DNA from: Hydrolagus colliei
Taxonomy: Eukaryota
Length of the DNA stretch: 64,000 nt
NCBI GenBank assembly: GCA_035084275.1
Contig: CM068770.1
Span: 3,534,001-3,598,000 of the forward strand
Reading direction: 5' to 3'
Shown: piece after piece, positions 49,475 through 61,614 of the stretch
Layout: each line of letters starts with the position of its first letter
How positions within the stretch are numbered: the stretch's first letter is position 1
Made by a program: the position numbers and the translations under genes
The notes under the pieces: model-generated
What the model was told of the DNA's origin: nothing
Databases searched by the model: none
What the model saw: the letters and a program-made list of their open reading frames with translations, nothing else

Positions 49475-49996
49475 CAGCCTGGCTCGGTTGCCACAGTATC
49501 TCACTTGCCCTCGTGAGTCAAAAGGTCGTGGGTTCGAGTCCCTTGTCGGGATTGTGAAATCGCGCCTCGAAGCGCTTAACGGTTTGACGCTCCAGGGCGA
49601 TGTTAGGGGAGCCCTTCGGATCAGACGTTAAGACGCCAAGATCAAATTGCGTCACAGAATTTTACTTCTGTGCGGTGACGGCGTAATTGGCAGGCCAAAC
49701 GCTGCAGCCAATTCAACCGATTAATTGTACGTTAAAGATCCCACGGCTAATCTTTCCCTTCATTCTCAAAAAGACAAAGGGATTTCTCCCTGCCAAAAAT
49801 TCCCCCCTCTTCTCCCCCCGCCCCCCCCCCCGCAAGCAAAATTGGTCATTCACTATGAAGGATTTTTCTTGGGGGTGAGGTGGAAGATGGTTGCTTGCTG
49901 TGTATGTAAACCGACTGCGGTGTTTTCCTACAAAAAATACACAGTCACTTCACTTTGCAGTTACATTCTGTGAAGCACTTTAAGACGTCTGAAAAG
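49475..49996 (+). mobile_element. Ancient Deu-domain SINE (SacSINE1/AmnSINE1-like), near full length and heavily diverged
   Basis: In order: tRNA head cagcctggctcggttg...tgagtcaaaaggtcgtgggttcgagtccc; Deu-domain motifs tgacgctccag, cttcggatcagacgttaa, gttaaagatcccacggc, agggatttctccctgccaaaaattccccc; then the shared body and an L2-type tail. Family match is from memory of the consensus. Confidence 0.7.
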
Positions 49997-50774
49997 TCTT
50001 TCTATTATATTTGCTCTTAAGGCTCTATGGTTATAGCTAGAGACTAACTTCTTTTAAGACCCCAAAAAGCAAAGTGTGTAGAATATGAGTTTGGAAATCT
50101 TAATTGTACTGTACTATGCTGCATATTTTTGCAAATGTGGAACGTGGAGTTTTGCCAGTTCCTATGTTTTTTGATGGGGTAAGACTATATGTGATGATTG
50201 AAATAAAGATGTAGAAATTCTACATGTTTTTTTGATATCACTACACCCTCTTCTGTCGTATAACTATATGTAGGGCGAATGAGCCATAATTCATCGCGTG
50301 ATTCTGCAAAACTGTTCCAACTAAGACAGCCTAATTCATATACTGTACTACACGCTTTTTTTTAATATATACAAATACACCTACAACCTTTTTACAATGA
50401 GATGGAAAAAGTCACACACACATACGTACCCACGCACGCACGCACACACTCACTCACTCACTCACTGAATCCCCCCCCCCCCCCCCCCCCATTAGCTCTT
50501 GGATTAAATGGATACACATCTCACCATATCAGTTCAGCCTTTTCAACAAGATGCAGTGGGGAGAGTCAATTAGGCAATATTAACAATCTAATGATCTTTG
50601 TGTTTGATTGAGCACCTTATCCCATTGAAACATCTCGAAGCACTTAACGTTTTTGTTCCTTAAGTGCAGCTTTACATGTTTGTTTAAAAATGCAGCAGCC
50701 AATTTGCTCACGGCAATGTCCCACAAGCGGGCATTGACGTCAATGTCCTCCTGTTTTTCAATATAAGAATAATC

Positions 50775-51250
50775 ATAATAATAATCCTTGCATTTGACAT
50801 AGGGCTTTTCACATCTTATCGACGTCTTAAAGCGCTTCACAGAATATACTGTAAAGTGAACTGACTGTATATTTGTGGGCAAAACACGGCAGCCGATAGC
50901 GCACAGAAGCGTCCCCCACAAACAGTTGTGGATCGAAAATGACCAATTTTTATTATTATGGGTTTTTTTTAGGAATTATTATTAGGCGCGCGCGCGTATG
51001 TGTGTATGTGGAGTAAGGAAACTTGCCCAAGGTTTCGCCTTGACCTGTCTAGATTTGAATACAGGTTTCACACTTGTAAGGCGAGTGCTCTAACCACTGA
51101 GCTGTTGTGCACAATTGGCTGTTGTGTTTATAAAATATACAAGTCAATTCGCTTTACAGTATATTCTGTGAAGCGCTTTGAGACGTCGATAAGATGCGAA
51201 AAGTGCTATATCAAATGCAAGGATAATTATCAGTATTATTATTATTATTT
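50775..51250. mobile_element. Head-to-head SINE pair (- copy 50775-51100, + partial copy 51105-51250)
   Basis: The minus copy ends at ccactgagctg and is followed at once by a plus-strand body and tail. Confidence 0.85.
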
Positions 51251-51534
51251 TCTGCTGCCTTCACCATATTCTGTGCTTCTAGGCTCCCATTTACCTACAA
51301 ACTGGAAAGTACGTCCCTCTATTCCAATATCTAGGTCATGTACAGTTGGATGTTCAATATTTTCTGGTCTATCTGGTTATTTTCTCTCTGTGTTGCTCAT
51401 TTCAATGTACAGTACCAGCCACGGCTGAATGCTTTATTACATTGAACTCACACAGCCGTGAGTAATATGTGAGACCTGCAGCTTTCTGCATGCTTGTGTG
51501 TGTGTGTTTGTGTCTGTGTGCGTGTGTGTCTGTG

Positions 51535-51728
51535 TGTGCATCCCTTTCCTCCTTCAAGGCCGGTCTAAAGACCTTCCTCTTCGACCATGCCTTCTGCTCC
51601 CCTCCTAACTCTCCCCCCTTTCCTATTCTCCTTCCCCTACCCTGACCCATGCCCCGCGACTCAGGTTCCAACCTAACTGTTCAGCGCCTTGTCGTGAAAG
51701 GCGCTCTATAAATGTAATTTTGTTTTTG
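51535..51728 (+). mobile_element. L2-clade LINE 3' end
   Basis: ttcctccttcaaggccggtctaaagaccttcctcttcgaccatgcc (SSFKAGLKTFLFDHA), then the tail cagcgcctt...gtgaaaggcgctctataaatgtaatttt. Confidence 0.75.
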
Positions 51729-52121
51729 AGTGTGCGTGTGTGTGTATGTGTGTGTGTGTGTGTCTGTGCGTGCGTCTGTGTGTGTGTGTGTTGCAGTAGT
51801 CTATTCAAAACAATTCATTAATGTGATCGGTTGACAGAGCATATAATTGAAGAAACTATTGACTCTTTCTAATATCTGTCAACTGATTGTCATTGCCATA
51901 TTGACTTTACGTCTGCTTTTGCTATCTCTCCACCTGGTTCGAATAGCATTTGGCTGAGTGTGCAGTTCTCTCTCTTTGGCGATAATGTAGCTTAGCCAAG
52001 TTTTGATGAGCTTCTGCTCCTCAATCAATCATGGGTTGAGATGCGATTCCAAGGTTAATGTCCCTCATGTTTCGAGTATCATGATCTGAGGCCTGACCCT
52101 TTGCTGGCTATTGAGGGGATA

Positions 52122-52155
<34 letters not shown>

Positions 52156-52185
52156 TGGCTCTTTTTATGTGGGTCTGCAGATTGT

Positions 52186-52440
52186 GGAGCTCCTGTAGCT
52201 CAGTGGTTAGAGCACTCGCCTTACAAGCGAGAGACCTGGGTTCGACTCCAGGCAGGTCAGGGTGAAATCTTGGGTAAGTTTCCTTACTCCACACGCCTGA
52301 TAATAATCTCTCATTAACAAAAATAATAATTGGTCACTTCAATCCACCGGTGTTTGTGGAACTCTGCTGTGCGCAATTGGCTGCTGGGTTTCGCCCACAG
52401 ATATACAGTCAACACTTTGTCGGGACCCTGAAAGCGCTTC
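52186..52440 (+). mobile_element. tRNA-derived SINE with the best-preserved tRNA-like head
   Basis: A-box TAGCTCAGTGG at 52196-52206, anticodon arm CTCGC-CTTACAA-GCGAG at 52215-52231, B-box GGTTCGACTCC at 52239-52249. Confidence 0.9.
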
Positions 52441-53349
52441 ACCGAATATACTGTCGAGTGAATTGACTGTATATTTTGTGGGCGAATCTACTCAGTGAAG
52501 GAAGTCCTGGGTCGTAAACCCATCCGAGAAGCGGGGAGATGAATAATCCAGGTAATAGATGGGAACGCCCTCTCAATGAACTTGAACACAATGTAGAACC
52601 CAGTGGTTTTGAAGGGCGTTTGTTGTGCAAATAGAGTTCGACATATTATCGATGCTGACACAGAACAAACGAGTTTGCTGTTAATGATCCTGCCTTGCGC
52701 GCACGCGTACACACACACACTGCCTAACGCCCCACATTGTTCACACCAGCCTCAGGGACAGTACATACCTCGTCTGAGCTTCATATTAAGCATCTGTGCT
52801 TTTTTTGAGTACCTGGGAGACATCAAGGGACAGACCGACCTCTAATATATCTTATCACTTTGATTTTTGGAAAATATCCTGTGTGTCTGTGTGTGTGTGT
52901 ATATATGTGTGTGTATATGTGTGTGTGGTGTGTGTGCAAAAAGAACAAGTTCCTGAAAATGTATTAATTTTCGGTGCCGAGCCTATGGAGGAAGCTGTTG
53001 ACATAATTTCAGCCAAGCAGTGTAATTGCACCACAAGGAATGTGATTTTTCACAGGACAAATCGATCCTGAATTTAGCTGCGGGCAATCTGACCCGTACA
53101 TCTCTGAACAGAATGTAATTGAGGCCCAGTTATGTGCACAACTGAGTCCACCCGCCCCTCCCAATCGGAAAAGTCCAGGCTTGATCTCCTGTCTGTGCTT
53201 AATTCACTGATATCAGTAGTTGGAGCACTGGCCTCACTTGTTAAACGACCTGGGTTTGAATCCCGGGCAAATTTCCTTACTTCACAACATATGCCTCTGT
53301 GTAGCAGTAAGCGTAGATCAGTTTGTTGGTCGATGGGCACATCGCTTTT

Positions 53350-53725
53350 CCAACAACAACAACAATAATTTACATTTATAGAGCGCCTCTCACGTCGGGA
53401 GGACGTCCCAAGGCGCTGCACAGGAGGCGTGTGACCCGAGCTGGGAGGGGAGTGTTTGGGAGGGGAGTGTTTGGGAAGGGGTGAAACACGAAGGGGAGGT
53501 AAAAGAGTTCGGGGTGGAACAAAAGGCACGATCGAAGAGGAAAGTCTTCAAACCGGCCTTGAAACAGGAAAGGGAAGAGACGAAACGGAGGGATTGAGGG
53601 ATGGCATTCCATAAGGTGGGAGCGGAGAAACTGAAGGCCCGGCCTCCGATGGTGGGGCGGTTCGGGCGGGGGGCTTGGAGCAGGCCAAGTCCTGGTGAAC
53701 GGAGGGTCTGGGTGGGCGTGTAGGG
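53350..53725 (-). mobile_element. L2-clade LINE 3' end
   Basis: Reverse strand reads ggccttcagtttctccgctcccaccttatggaatgccatccc...ttcaaggccggtttgaagactttcctcttcgatc, then the tail cagcgccttgggacgtcctcccgacgtgagaggcgctctataaatgtaaatt(TTG)n. Confidence 0.8.
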
Positions 53726-53754
53726 GTAATAATCCCTTCAAAAATATAATAATA

Positions 53755-54270
53755 ATAATAATCATCCTTGCATTTGATAAAGCGGGCTGTTCACATTTTA
53801 TCCACGTTTCAAAGCGCTTCACAGAATGTGCTGTAAAATGAATTGACTGTATATTTGTGAGTGAATCGCGGCAGCCACTTGCACACGGAGGCATCCCACA
53901 AGCAGTCGTGGTTTGAAATGACCAATTTTATTATTGTGTTATTTTTTGAGGGATTATTTGTGTGTGTGTGTGTGTATGTGTGTGTATGTGTAGGGAGTAA
54001 GGAAACTTGCCCAAGGCTTCGCCCTGACCCGCCTGGATTCGAACACAGGTCTCACGCTGGTCTGTGCTCTAACCACTGAGCTGCAGGAGCTCCATCATAC
54101 TATTAACAAGAATTAATTTGGTCACTCAATCCACGACTGTGCGCCGCTGTGCGCAATTTTCTGCCGCATTTTGAATTCTGGTCGATTCAGTTTACAGTAT
54201 GTTCTGTGAAGCGCTTGGGAGACTTCTCAAAATGCATGACAAGGTGCCATATGAAAGGCAAAGATTATTG
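53755..54270. mobile_element. Head-to-head SINE pair (- copy 53755-54092, + partial copy about 54115-54270)
   Basis: A full minus copy followed by a diverged plus-strand body and tail. Confidence 0.8.
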
Positions 54271-55199
54271 TACTATGAAACAGCAAGATCGAGAAAGGAA
54301 TTGGTGGGGTGGGGGAAATAACATGGACCAGTGATCTCTGGTCTTAAATCTTATTGCTGCAGAGAACCACGAGCAGATCGCCTATCCCTTTGATGTGGGT
54401 CGTGCGTTTGGTTTAAGTTTTCCTTCGGGGCTGCACTTAGTGCTGTGGGTTTCTCCCTGTGTCTCATTCGCTGTAAATCAAAGAGAATTATATCATACCA
54501 TTTTGAGGGGCTTGAAGTCTACTTTGAACTCCAATATACACCGGCAAGAGCAACAAATCACATTTATTGCCCTCTTCCCTTGAAAGCAACTGCGAGCGAA
54601 ACCTCTTGCATGTGAGCAAATGGCTCCTATGTTTCTTTTTAATCTCCGTTGGAAATTAATTTTTCATAACATGGGACTGTGGCTCTATTTTACATAGTTG
54701 TTCTGTGCAAACGGTTTCCCCGAAAGCAAAGCCTGGCTTGCGATACAATGCAGTTGGCATATCAATGCAGCTACCACACCTTCAAACTCACACCCTTCAA
54801 AATGGCCCTGTGTAGCGAGCAAACGTAGTCAGTCATCACTACCTCCCATGGGCCCTGTTAGAAGGAAGGGTTCAGGACACAGATCTTTGTTCTTAACAGC
54901 TGCTCAATTTAGCACAGAGTGAATAGATTTGCTCTTTCTGCTATTACAATACTGTATTTCCCATCAATAGATTCTGAGCCCTTGCGCCAAGTGGATTTAT
55001 GTCGGGTGAACCTTTGGATAACCTTTCAATAGATTGAAGTCAAAAACTACCAATGGAATTCCTTAATAAGGATTCTGAGTTCCAAATGGGGATGGGTGGG
55101 GGGGTGGGGGTGGGGGTTGGGCGAAGATCTTCTGGTAACCAGAGAGACAACATGTGTTAAATCGTCAGTTGAACTATTAAGAAACGCTTCATAACATGG

Positions 55200-55545
55200 T
55201 TCTGGCCTCGCAAACGAGAGGACCCGGGTTTGATCCCCGGTCAGGACGAAACGTTAGGCGAGTTTCCCTACTCCGCAAGCACGCAGCCACGCCTCTGTTT
55301 TCCCAGCAGTAAGTAGGAATCCAGTTGTTAGTCGATTGGCGGATTTAATTTCCGAGGGTACGAAGCCCATCCAAAAAAATCACAATGAAATAAAATGAAT
55401 CTTTAATTTTTCAAATGAATAAAAATTAAAAATGATCACTCATTCCACCAATGTTTGCGCTGTGCGCAAATGGCTGCCACATTTTGCCCACCAAAATATA
55501 GTCAATTCGCATTACAGTTTTTATGTATGTGAAGCACTTTGCGAG
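55200..55545 (+). mobile_element. tRNA-derived SINE, long form
   Basis: ggcctcgcaaacgagaggacccgggtttgatccccggtcagg...gcctctgttttcccagcagtaagtaggaatccagttgttagtcgattggcgg, then body. Confidence 0.82.
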
Positions 55546-56252
55546 TACTGTAATAATAATAATTATTATTATTATTCTTGCATTTGATACAGCGCCTGAT
55601 CAGGTCTTCGGGACGCTCCACAGAACACACAGGTCTCGCGCTTGTAAGGCGAGTGCTCTAACCACTGAGCCTCAGTAAATTGACAAGAGTATTTTGTGGA
55701 CGGAGTTTCGAGGCAGCATTACTGTGCTCTGGTTGTGCTGATTTGCTACAGGCTGGCTGCAATGCGGTTGGTGCTCTTGTTTCTTTTTTTTTGTTCGCTT
55801 CGCTGCAAGTCAATGTCAGGTTAGCTTCAGGCAACCGGGATTTTAATGCTCAATGAAATGACGCTGGCAGGCAGTGTGATACACGAACGGCAAGCGAGCG
55901 AGGTATCTCACCAGCTCGGCAAAACGGCGTCGAAACGGCTGCTGCGATTGTGGCTCCCCTGATTTCCTAAGACATCAAAGGGTTGGCTCGTGAGGAACTC
56001 CAATTATCCCGGCTTAACAAGAGACACCTCGACGATAATTGAATGTATTCCTGTACAAAAGATTGCATCACACTGTAAACAATAAGTAACTATGACAGCC
56101 AGGACCCACAACAGCAGAAACAAATTGGATAGTTTCTACGTACAAGAGTAAAATGCCTTTGATTTAAATAGGTTTGATCGAGGAACAGTAACTGATTTAT
56201 TTCTGTGTGTGCTGGGAGATGAAACTAGACGTATTATGAAGGACTAAAGCTT

Positions 56253-56537
56253 GTGGAGCTCCTGTAGCTCAGTGGTTAGAACACTTGCCTTATAGGCAGG
56301 TCAGGGCAAAACCTTGGGCAAGTTTCCTTACTCCACTCACACACACGCACGCATGCACACACACACACACGCCTCCAAAAAAAACCACAATAATAAAATT
56401 GGTCATTTCAACCCACGGCTGTTTGTGGGGGACGCTGCTGTGCGCAATTGGCTGCCGCGTTTCGCCCCCACAAATATACAGTCAATTCACTTTACAGTAT
56501 ATTCTGTGAAGCGCTTTGACACGTCTAGAAGACGTGG
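56253..56537 (+). mobile_element. tRNA-derived SINE, short form, B-box deleted
   Basis: ggagctcctgtagctcagtggttagaacacttgccttataggcaggtcaggg, then body. Confidence 0.88.
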
Positions 56538-58629
56538 ATTAAGTCAGCTATTATTTTTCTTTGAGGGATTATTGTCAAGGAAACTTGCTCAAAGGTTTCT
56601 CCCTAATTGGCTGAAAATGTATTTGTTATCATTTCACTCTCTGTGGCGGGTGATTGCACAGGGTTACAGGCAAACCACAATGAGAATGAACTAGAGTTCT
56701 TACAGATTGGATGTCAAGTGAGTGGCTTCTCAATCTTCGTGATTCGAAAATGTGCGTGTCTATTTTATTTTGCATTGAAACGTGCAATTTGGGTCACCTA
56801 GAAAGAGCGGTTAGAGAGGTAGGGAGGGGGGAATGCGGAGGAATGGAGGGATCTGAATACAAGAGTGAGGATCTTGAAATCGAAGGTTCGCGGTTATCGG
56901 GCGCAATATTCAACGCAGACATTCCTCTTATTATTCAAGAGGTGCGATCTGTGTTTAAAGGATGCCATCCGAGCAAGTTCTACTTGCCTAACAGTCACTC
57001 TCCGTTCCAATCAATTGTTTCATGATCCTTCGAGACCTGTTAACGCATGAAAGGTGCTGGCACACACTCAAGCAATTTTAATTCACTTGATATCCGTGAG
57101 GTTTAACCTTTAAATGACCCGTTTGCAAAGAGTTAACTGTGACGTGGAAATCTCCACCTCAGATCCTGTTCCGAGGCAGTGAAACTCCAGTGAATTTACG
57201 GGGGAATATTTAATTACTGGGCCACTTAGCAGAGTAGCAAGCAGTCAGGTAGCATGTGTGATCCCAGAAATAAAGTCAGATTCAATCTTGTTAAGCGCAG
57301 CTTTACGGATAAAGAGATCATCTTTTTAATAACAGACTCACTTGTCTGTTTTGTGTATTTGCAATAAATTCATGCAGCGATTATTTACACGTACTTAACC
57401 AATCAGCTGGTTAAAAACAGTCCTGTCCCAGTTAAAAACAATCACATTTTTCCTTCTTATTCAAATGCATCACTTTTAAAAATGTCCCCCTCCCCCCCTC
57501 CCCACCCATCAAAAAATCAATCAATCTTAAGCTCCGTGTATGAGTCAACGGGTTTATTATTGAGTAAGTCTTTGAGCTGTATAGGTGGATTGGAAAGTCC
57601 CAGGCTTGATATCCAGTCTGTTCTGCGTTAGTGGATCTCACCAGGTTGACACTAACCTTCCTGGCATTCATGTCCGTCCTCCATAAGAAAAACGGCCGAG
57701 GATTCTGCTACCCAGTGAGGTGCATGCTTCACGACAGGGGGCGAGGTGAAGGGAATGTGGGACGGAGTTCCACAGGGGATGGTTGGGTGGGTGGCTGGGC
57801 TGGGCTGGGCTGGGCAGGGGATGTGGAGACTGCTGAACGGAGGGAGCGGACAGGTTGATATTGATAACCAAATGTATTTTCATATACAGAGTATACATAA
57901 AAATATCTATATGTTTCGCACAAATATGTACAGTCAATTAATTTTACAGGATATTCTGTGAAGCGCTTTCAGACGCCCAGAAGACGTGAAAAGCGCTATA
58001 ACACATGCAGGCATTGTTATTTTTATGATTATTATTATTTTAGAACATAGATCGAGCAGAAAAAGGAACAGTCATGTCGGTTGCATTTATTATCAGGTCC
58101 CTCGTCACATTGCCGAGATCTCTCGGAACTTTCACAGGATTTTTTTTACAGCGTATCCGTAAGCAATCGAGCTATCAATGTGCGCGCAGTTATGCGCCAC
58201 AAATAAGTCAGTGTGTGTGTGTGCATTGATTTGTTCTGGAAATTCCTGGCCAGGCTGAATACAGGACTCAAACCTGTAGGGTTTGGAACGCAACCTACAA
58301 TTAACTCGCAATACTCACACACAAATTATAAGAAAAATTGTAATCACGGTAATTTTTTTTGTGTGTGTGCAGCCTATTATTAACTTCATTTGCAATGGAA
58401 AATACTTAAATGGTAAATACCGAGGACACCACAAGTATTTGTCTTGTCCTTTCAGATGATTGTAACCGGATTTGCAGGCAATTACACAGCACAAGATGTT
58501 TATCTATGTTTTTTTCTCCACCACCCTCCCCCCCCCACCCCCTCCCCACCCCCCACCCACAAGAATTCTTTCACATCACCGAAAATATTGCCGTCGCCTC
58601 TCATGTTCCAACTGACCTGTATCACGTTG

Positions 58630-58940
58630 CATCGGTTGTTAGAGTACTTGTCTCACGAGTGAAAGACCTCGGTTCGATTCCCGGCTAGGGCGATGCATGG
58701 GGCAAGTTTCCTTACTCCAATCCCTCAAGAAAATAAAACAATAATCAAATTGTTCATTTTCATTCACGGTTGTTTGTGGGGGGGGGGGGGGACGCTGCCG
58801 TGCGCAATTGGCTGCTGCGTTTCGCCCACAAATATACAGTCAATTCACTTTACGGTATATTCTGTGAAGCGCTTTGAGACACAGTCTAGAAGACGTGAAA
58901 AGCGCCATGTCAAATGTAAGAATTAATATTATTATTATAT
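58630..58940 (+). mobile_element. tRNA-derived SINE
   Basis: B-box ggttcgattcccgg, body and tail. Confidence 0.85.
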
Positions 58941-59304
58941 TCAGAAAAACAATCTCTGCATCAAAAGAATGGGTCATTCAACCCAAACAAGGACCGTGAA
59001 TCGTATGATTTGACAAACGCCAATCGATGCTGTTCCCTTGAATATTATTCTCTAAGATTACGGTGTTACCTATCTTCTCAATTGGATTATTGATTTCTGA
59101 TTCACACACTAATAATAGTGATCATCCTTGCACTTTGTATAGCATTATTGGGATCTTTGCTCAAATTGTTCTGCATGCTTTTACTGCAAAGTGTGGTGAC
59201 TGTATTATGTTGTGGAATGTAGCAGCCCATTTGTCGACAGCATAATCCCACAAACAGCCTCAACGTGAGTGGCCAATGTTTAGTTGATAATAAAAATTCT
59301 ATAA

Positions 59305-59808
59305 CAATGATAATCCTTGCATTTGACACAGCGCTTTTCACATCTTATCGACGTCTCAAAGCGCTTCGCAGAATATACTGTAAATTGAATTCACAAAATA
59401 TTTGTGGGCGAAATGCGCAGCAGCGTTCCCCACAAACAGTTATGGATTGAAATGACCAATTTTATTATTGTTGTTTTTTTTGGAAGGATTATTATTAGGC
59501 GTGTGTGTGTGTGTGCGTGTGCGTGTGTGTGTGTGTAGTAAGGACACGTGCCCAAGGTTTCGCCTGCCTGGATTCGAACACAGGTCTCGATAATAATCCC
59601 CCCTGAAAAAAACACATTAAAATACTTGGTTATTTTCAACCCACGATTGTTTGTGGGGATGCTACTATGCGCAATTGGCTGATGCGTTTCACCTCAATAT
59701 ATACCCTCAATTCACTTAACAGTAGATGCCATGAAGCGCTTTGAGACGTCTAGAAGACGTGAAAGGCTCTACATCAAATGCAAGGAGTATGATTATTATT
59801 ATTATTAT
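59305..59808. mobile_element. Head-to-head fused SINE pair (- copy 59305-59590, + copy 59590-59808)
   Basis: Junction ...ggattcgaacacaggtctcg|ataataatcccc... Confidence 0.85.
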
Positions 59809-60479
59809 AGATGCCGCCCTTTTAATTTTAGCTCCAGCTGATCTTTCATTTGATCGTATTTCTAGGCCTTCTTGGCAAGAGTCTCCCGGGGAAATCCTTT
59901 CAAGAGCAATGCCTACATCAGTTGGTATAAGCAGCAATGCGTAAACAGTAAACAGCAACGCACATATATCCTTAGCGTTCAGACGTTAGACGTTCCAGTC
60001 ACAGAAATTAACAGCCTTGGCAGCCACCAGCGCGAAAGATTGGCAGAGAACGTGCAGTTTGTCAAAAGTACAATACTCACTGCCGTTGCCAGCCACAATT
60101 AGCGCGGCTGAATGCGTTCCCTCTCTGTGTGTTGACATCGCTCGCACAGCTTGCACTCTTGAACACAGCCAGCACACTTTAACACAGGAGCAACTCGCGG
60201 TATTTACTGCTCACAGTCGATGTATATCGAACGCAGCTGAGGAAAATGCTTCGCAATATTCACGGCTGGTTTCCTTGAGGCGACAGACTGGGTGGCCAAC
60301 TCGTAGCCAACGCCACAACCCAGCCCCCTACACCTCCCCCCACCCCCACCAAACACTCGTGTCTTCAATCGGCAGTTTTATGTTCTTGTTTGAATAATTT
60401 ATGCTTTCTGCCATAAATCAAGAGATATGCAATCAAGAATTTTATTTTGTTGGACTAACCGCCGTAAAGGTTGGCCATT

Positions 60480-60682
60480 TACCAGCCAATTACACACAGT
60501 GCAGCGTCCCCACAAACAGTCATAGGTTGAAATGACCAATTTATTATTGTGTGTGTTTTTGTTTTGAGGGATTATTATCAGGCGTGCGTGTGTATGTGGA
60601 GTAAGGAAATTGCCTAAGGTGACCTCAAACCCAGGTCTCTCGCTTCTAAGACGAGTGCTCTAACCACTGAGCTACAGGATTC
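60480..60682 (-). mobile_element. tRNA-derived SINE, 3'-truncated
   Basis: Body and head in reverse orientation. Confidence 0.82.
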
Positions 60683-61409
60683 CACTCTACCACTCCAATC
60701 ACAACCTTGAGCCCTGATTACAGGAACGAAGAAGAAACTAATTGCCACGTAAAACCCTTGGTACCTTAGACTCAATGACAAACTATGTGGTTTTAGCTGG
60801 TTGGACTCCACAGTTACCCCCAATGCACACTCTCTGGCTCCCACCTCCCAACACTTTGGTTCTTGCCAACCTCCAGCGAGAAAGAGAGCGCCTTCCATTC
60901 CATCAATCTTTCTCTGGGATTTCCAACAACAACTTGGATTTATATATATATAGAGAGCGCCCTCCACGCCAGACAGCGTCTCAGAGCGCTTCACACTAAC
61001 CAATCCATGGAACATTTCCATGTGTCATTGGAATGGTTGGACTCCTCAGCTCAGCTTGGTTTGGAGACTCTGAAGCAACGGTGACAGATTTCCGCGTATG
61101 TGCGTGTTTCTGCGCGTGCATTGCTGTGTGTGTGCTTTGCTGTGTGCGTTTCTTTCGCGAGATTAACTCTTGTCAATGTGAAAAGTCGAAGCATACGAAC
61201 GTTACGAAAGAGTGCAGTAGCCAGCTCTCAAGTCTCTGCCCAAACCTCTTTAGCAGGTGCTGTGAAGAGGGGACCCTATGATCAATGGGTGAGGCTGGCT
61301 ATGCTTAGTGCTTCTCTTTGAGTGCGTGAGGGAGTGAAGGAGTGAAGGAGGGAGGGAGTGTATATCAGCGAACTGCACATTAATTCTGTAGTTTTCCGTA
61401 AGAATAATA

Positions 61410-61614
61410 CAGTAAAAGCCCGTTTATCCAGCACCTGATCAACCCTAATTTCCGTATAACCGGCATCGCAAAAAAAAAAAAGGTCCGCATTCGATTAACC
61501 GGAATTTATCCGGCAAGATGCGTTTTGTTTTTGCTTTTTCGGCCTAATATCCGGCACGCGCTTTAACTGGCATTAGCCAGATCTCGAGGGTGCCGCATAA
61601 ACGGGCTTTTACTG
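61410..61614. mobile_element. Tc1/mariner-superfamily (Tigger/pogo-like) MITE, 205 bp
   Basis: 26-bp terminal inverted repeats, CAGTAAAAGCCCGTTTATCCAGCACC and CAGTAAAAGCCCGTTTATGCGGCACC (24/26 identical). TA on both sides (61408-61409 and 61615-61616). Confidence 0.88.

Noticed and set aside
52186-52256. tRNA-Val(TAC) gene
   Set aside because: The acceptor stem is incomplete, the T-stem is imperfect, and the sequence runs into the SINE body. It is one of dozens of SINE heads.
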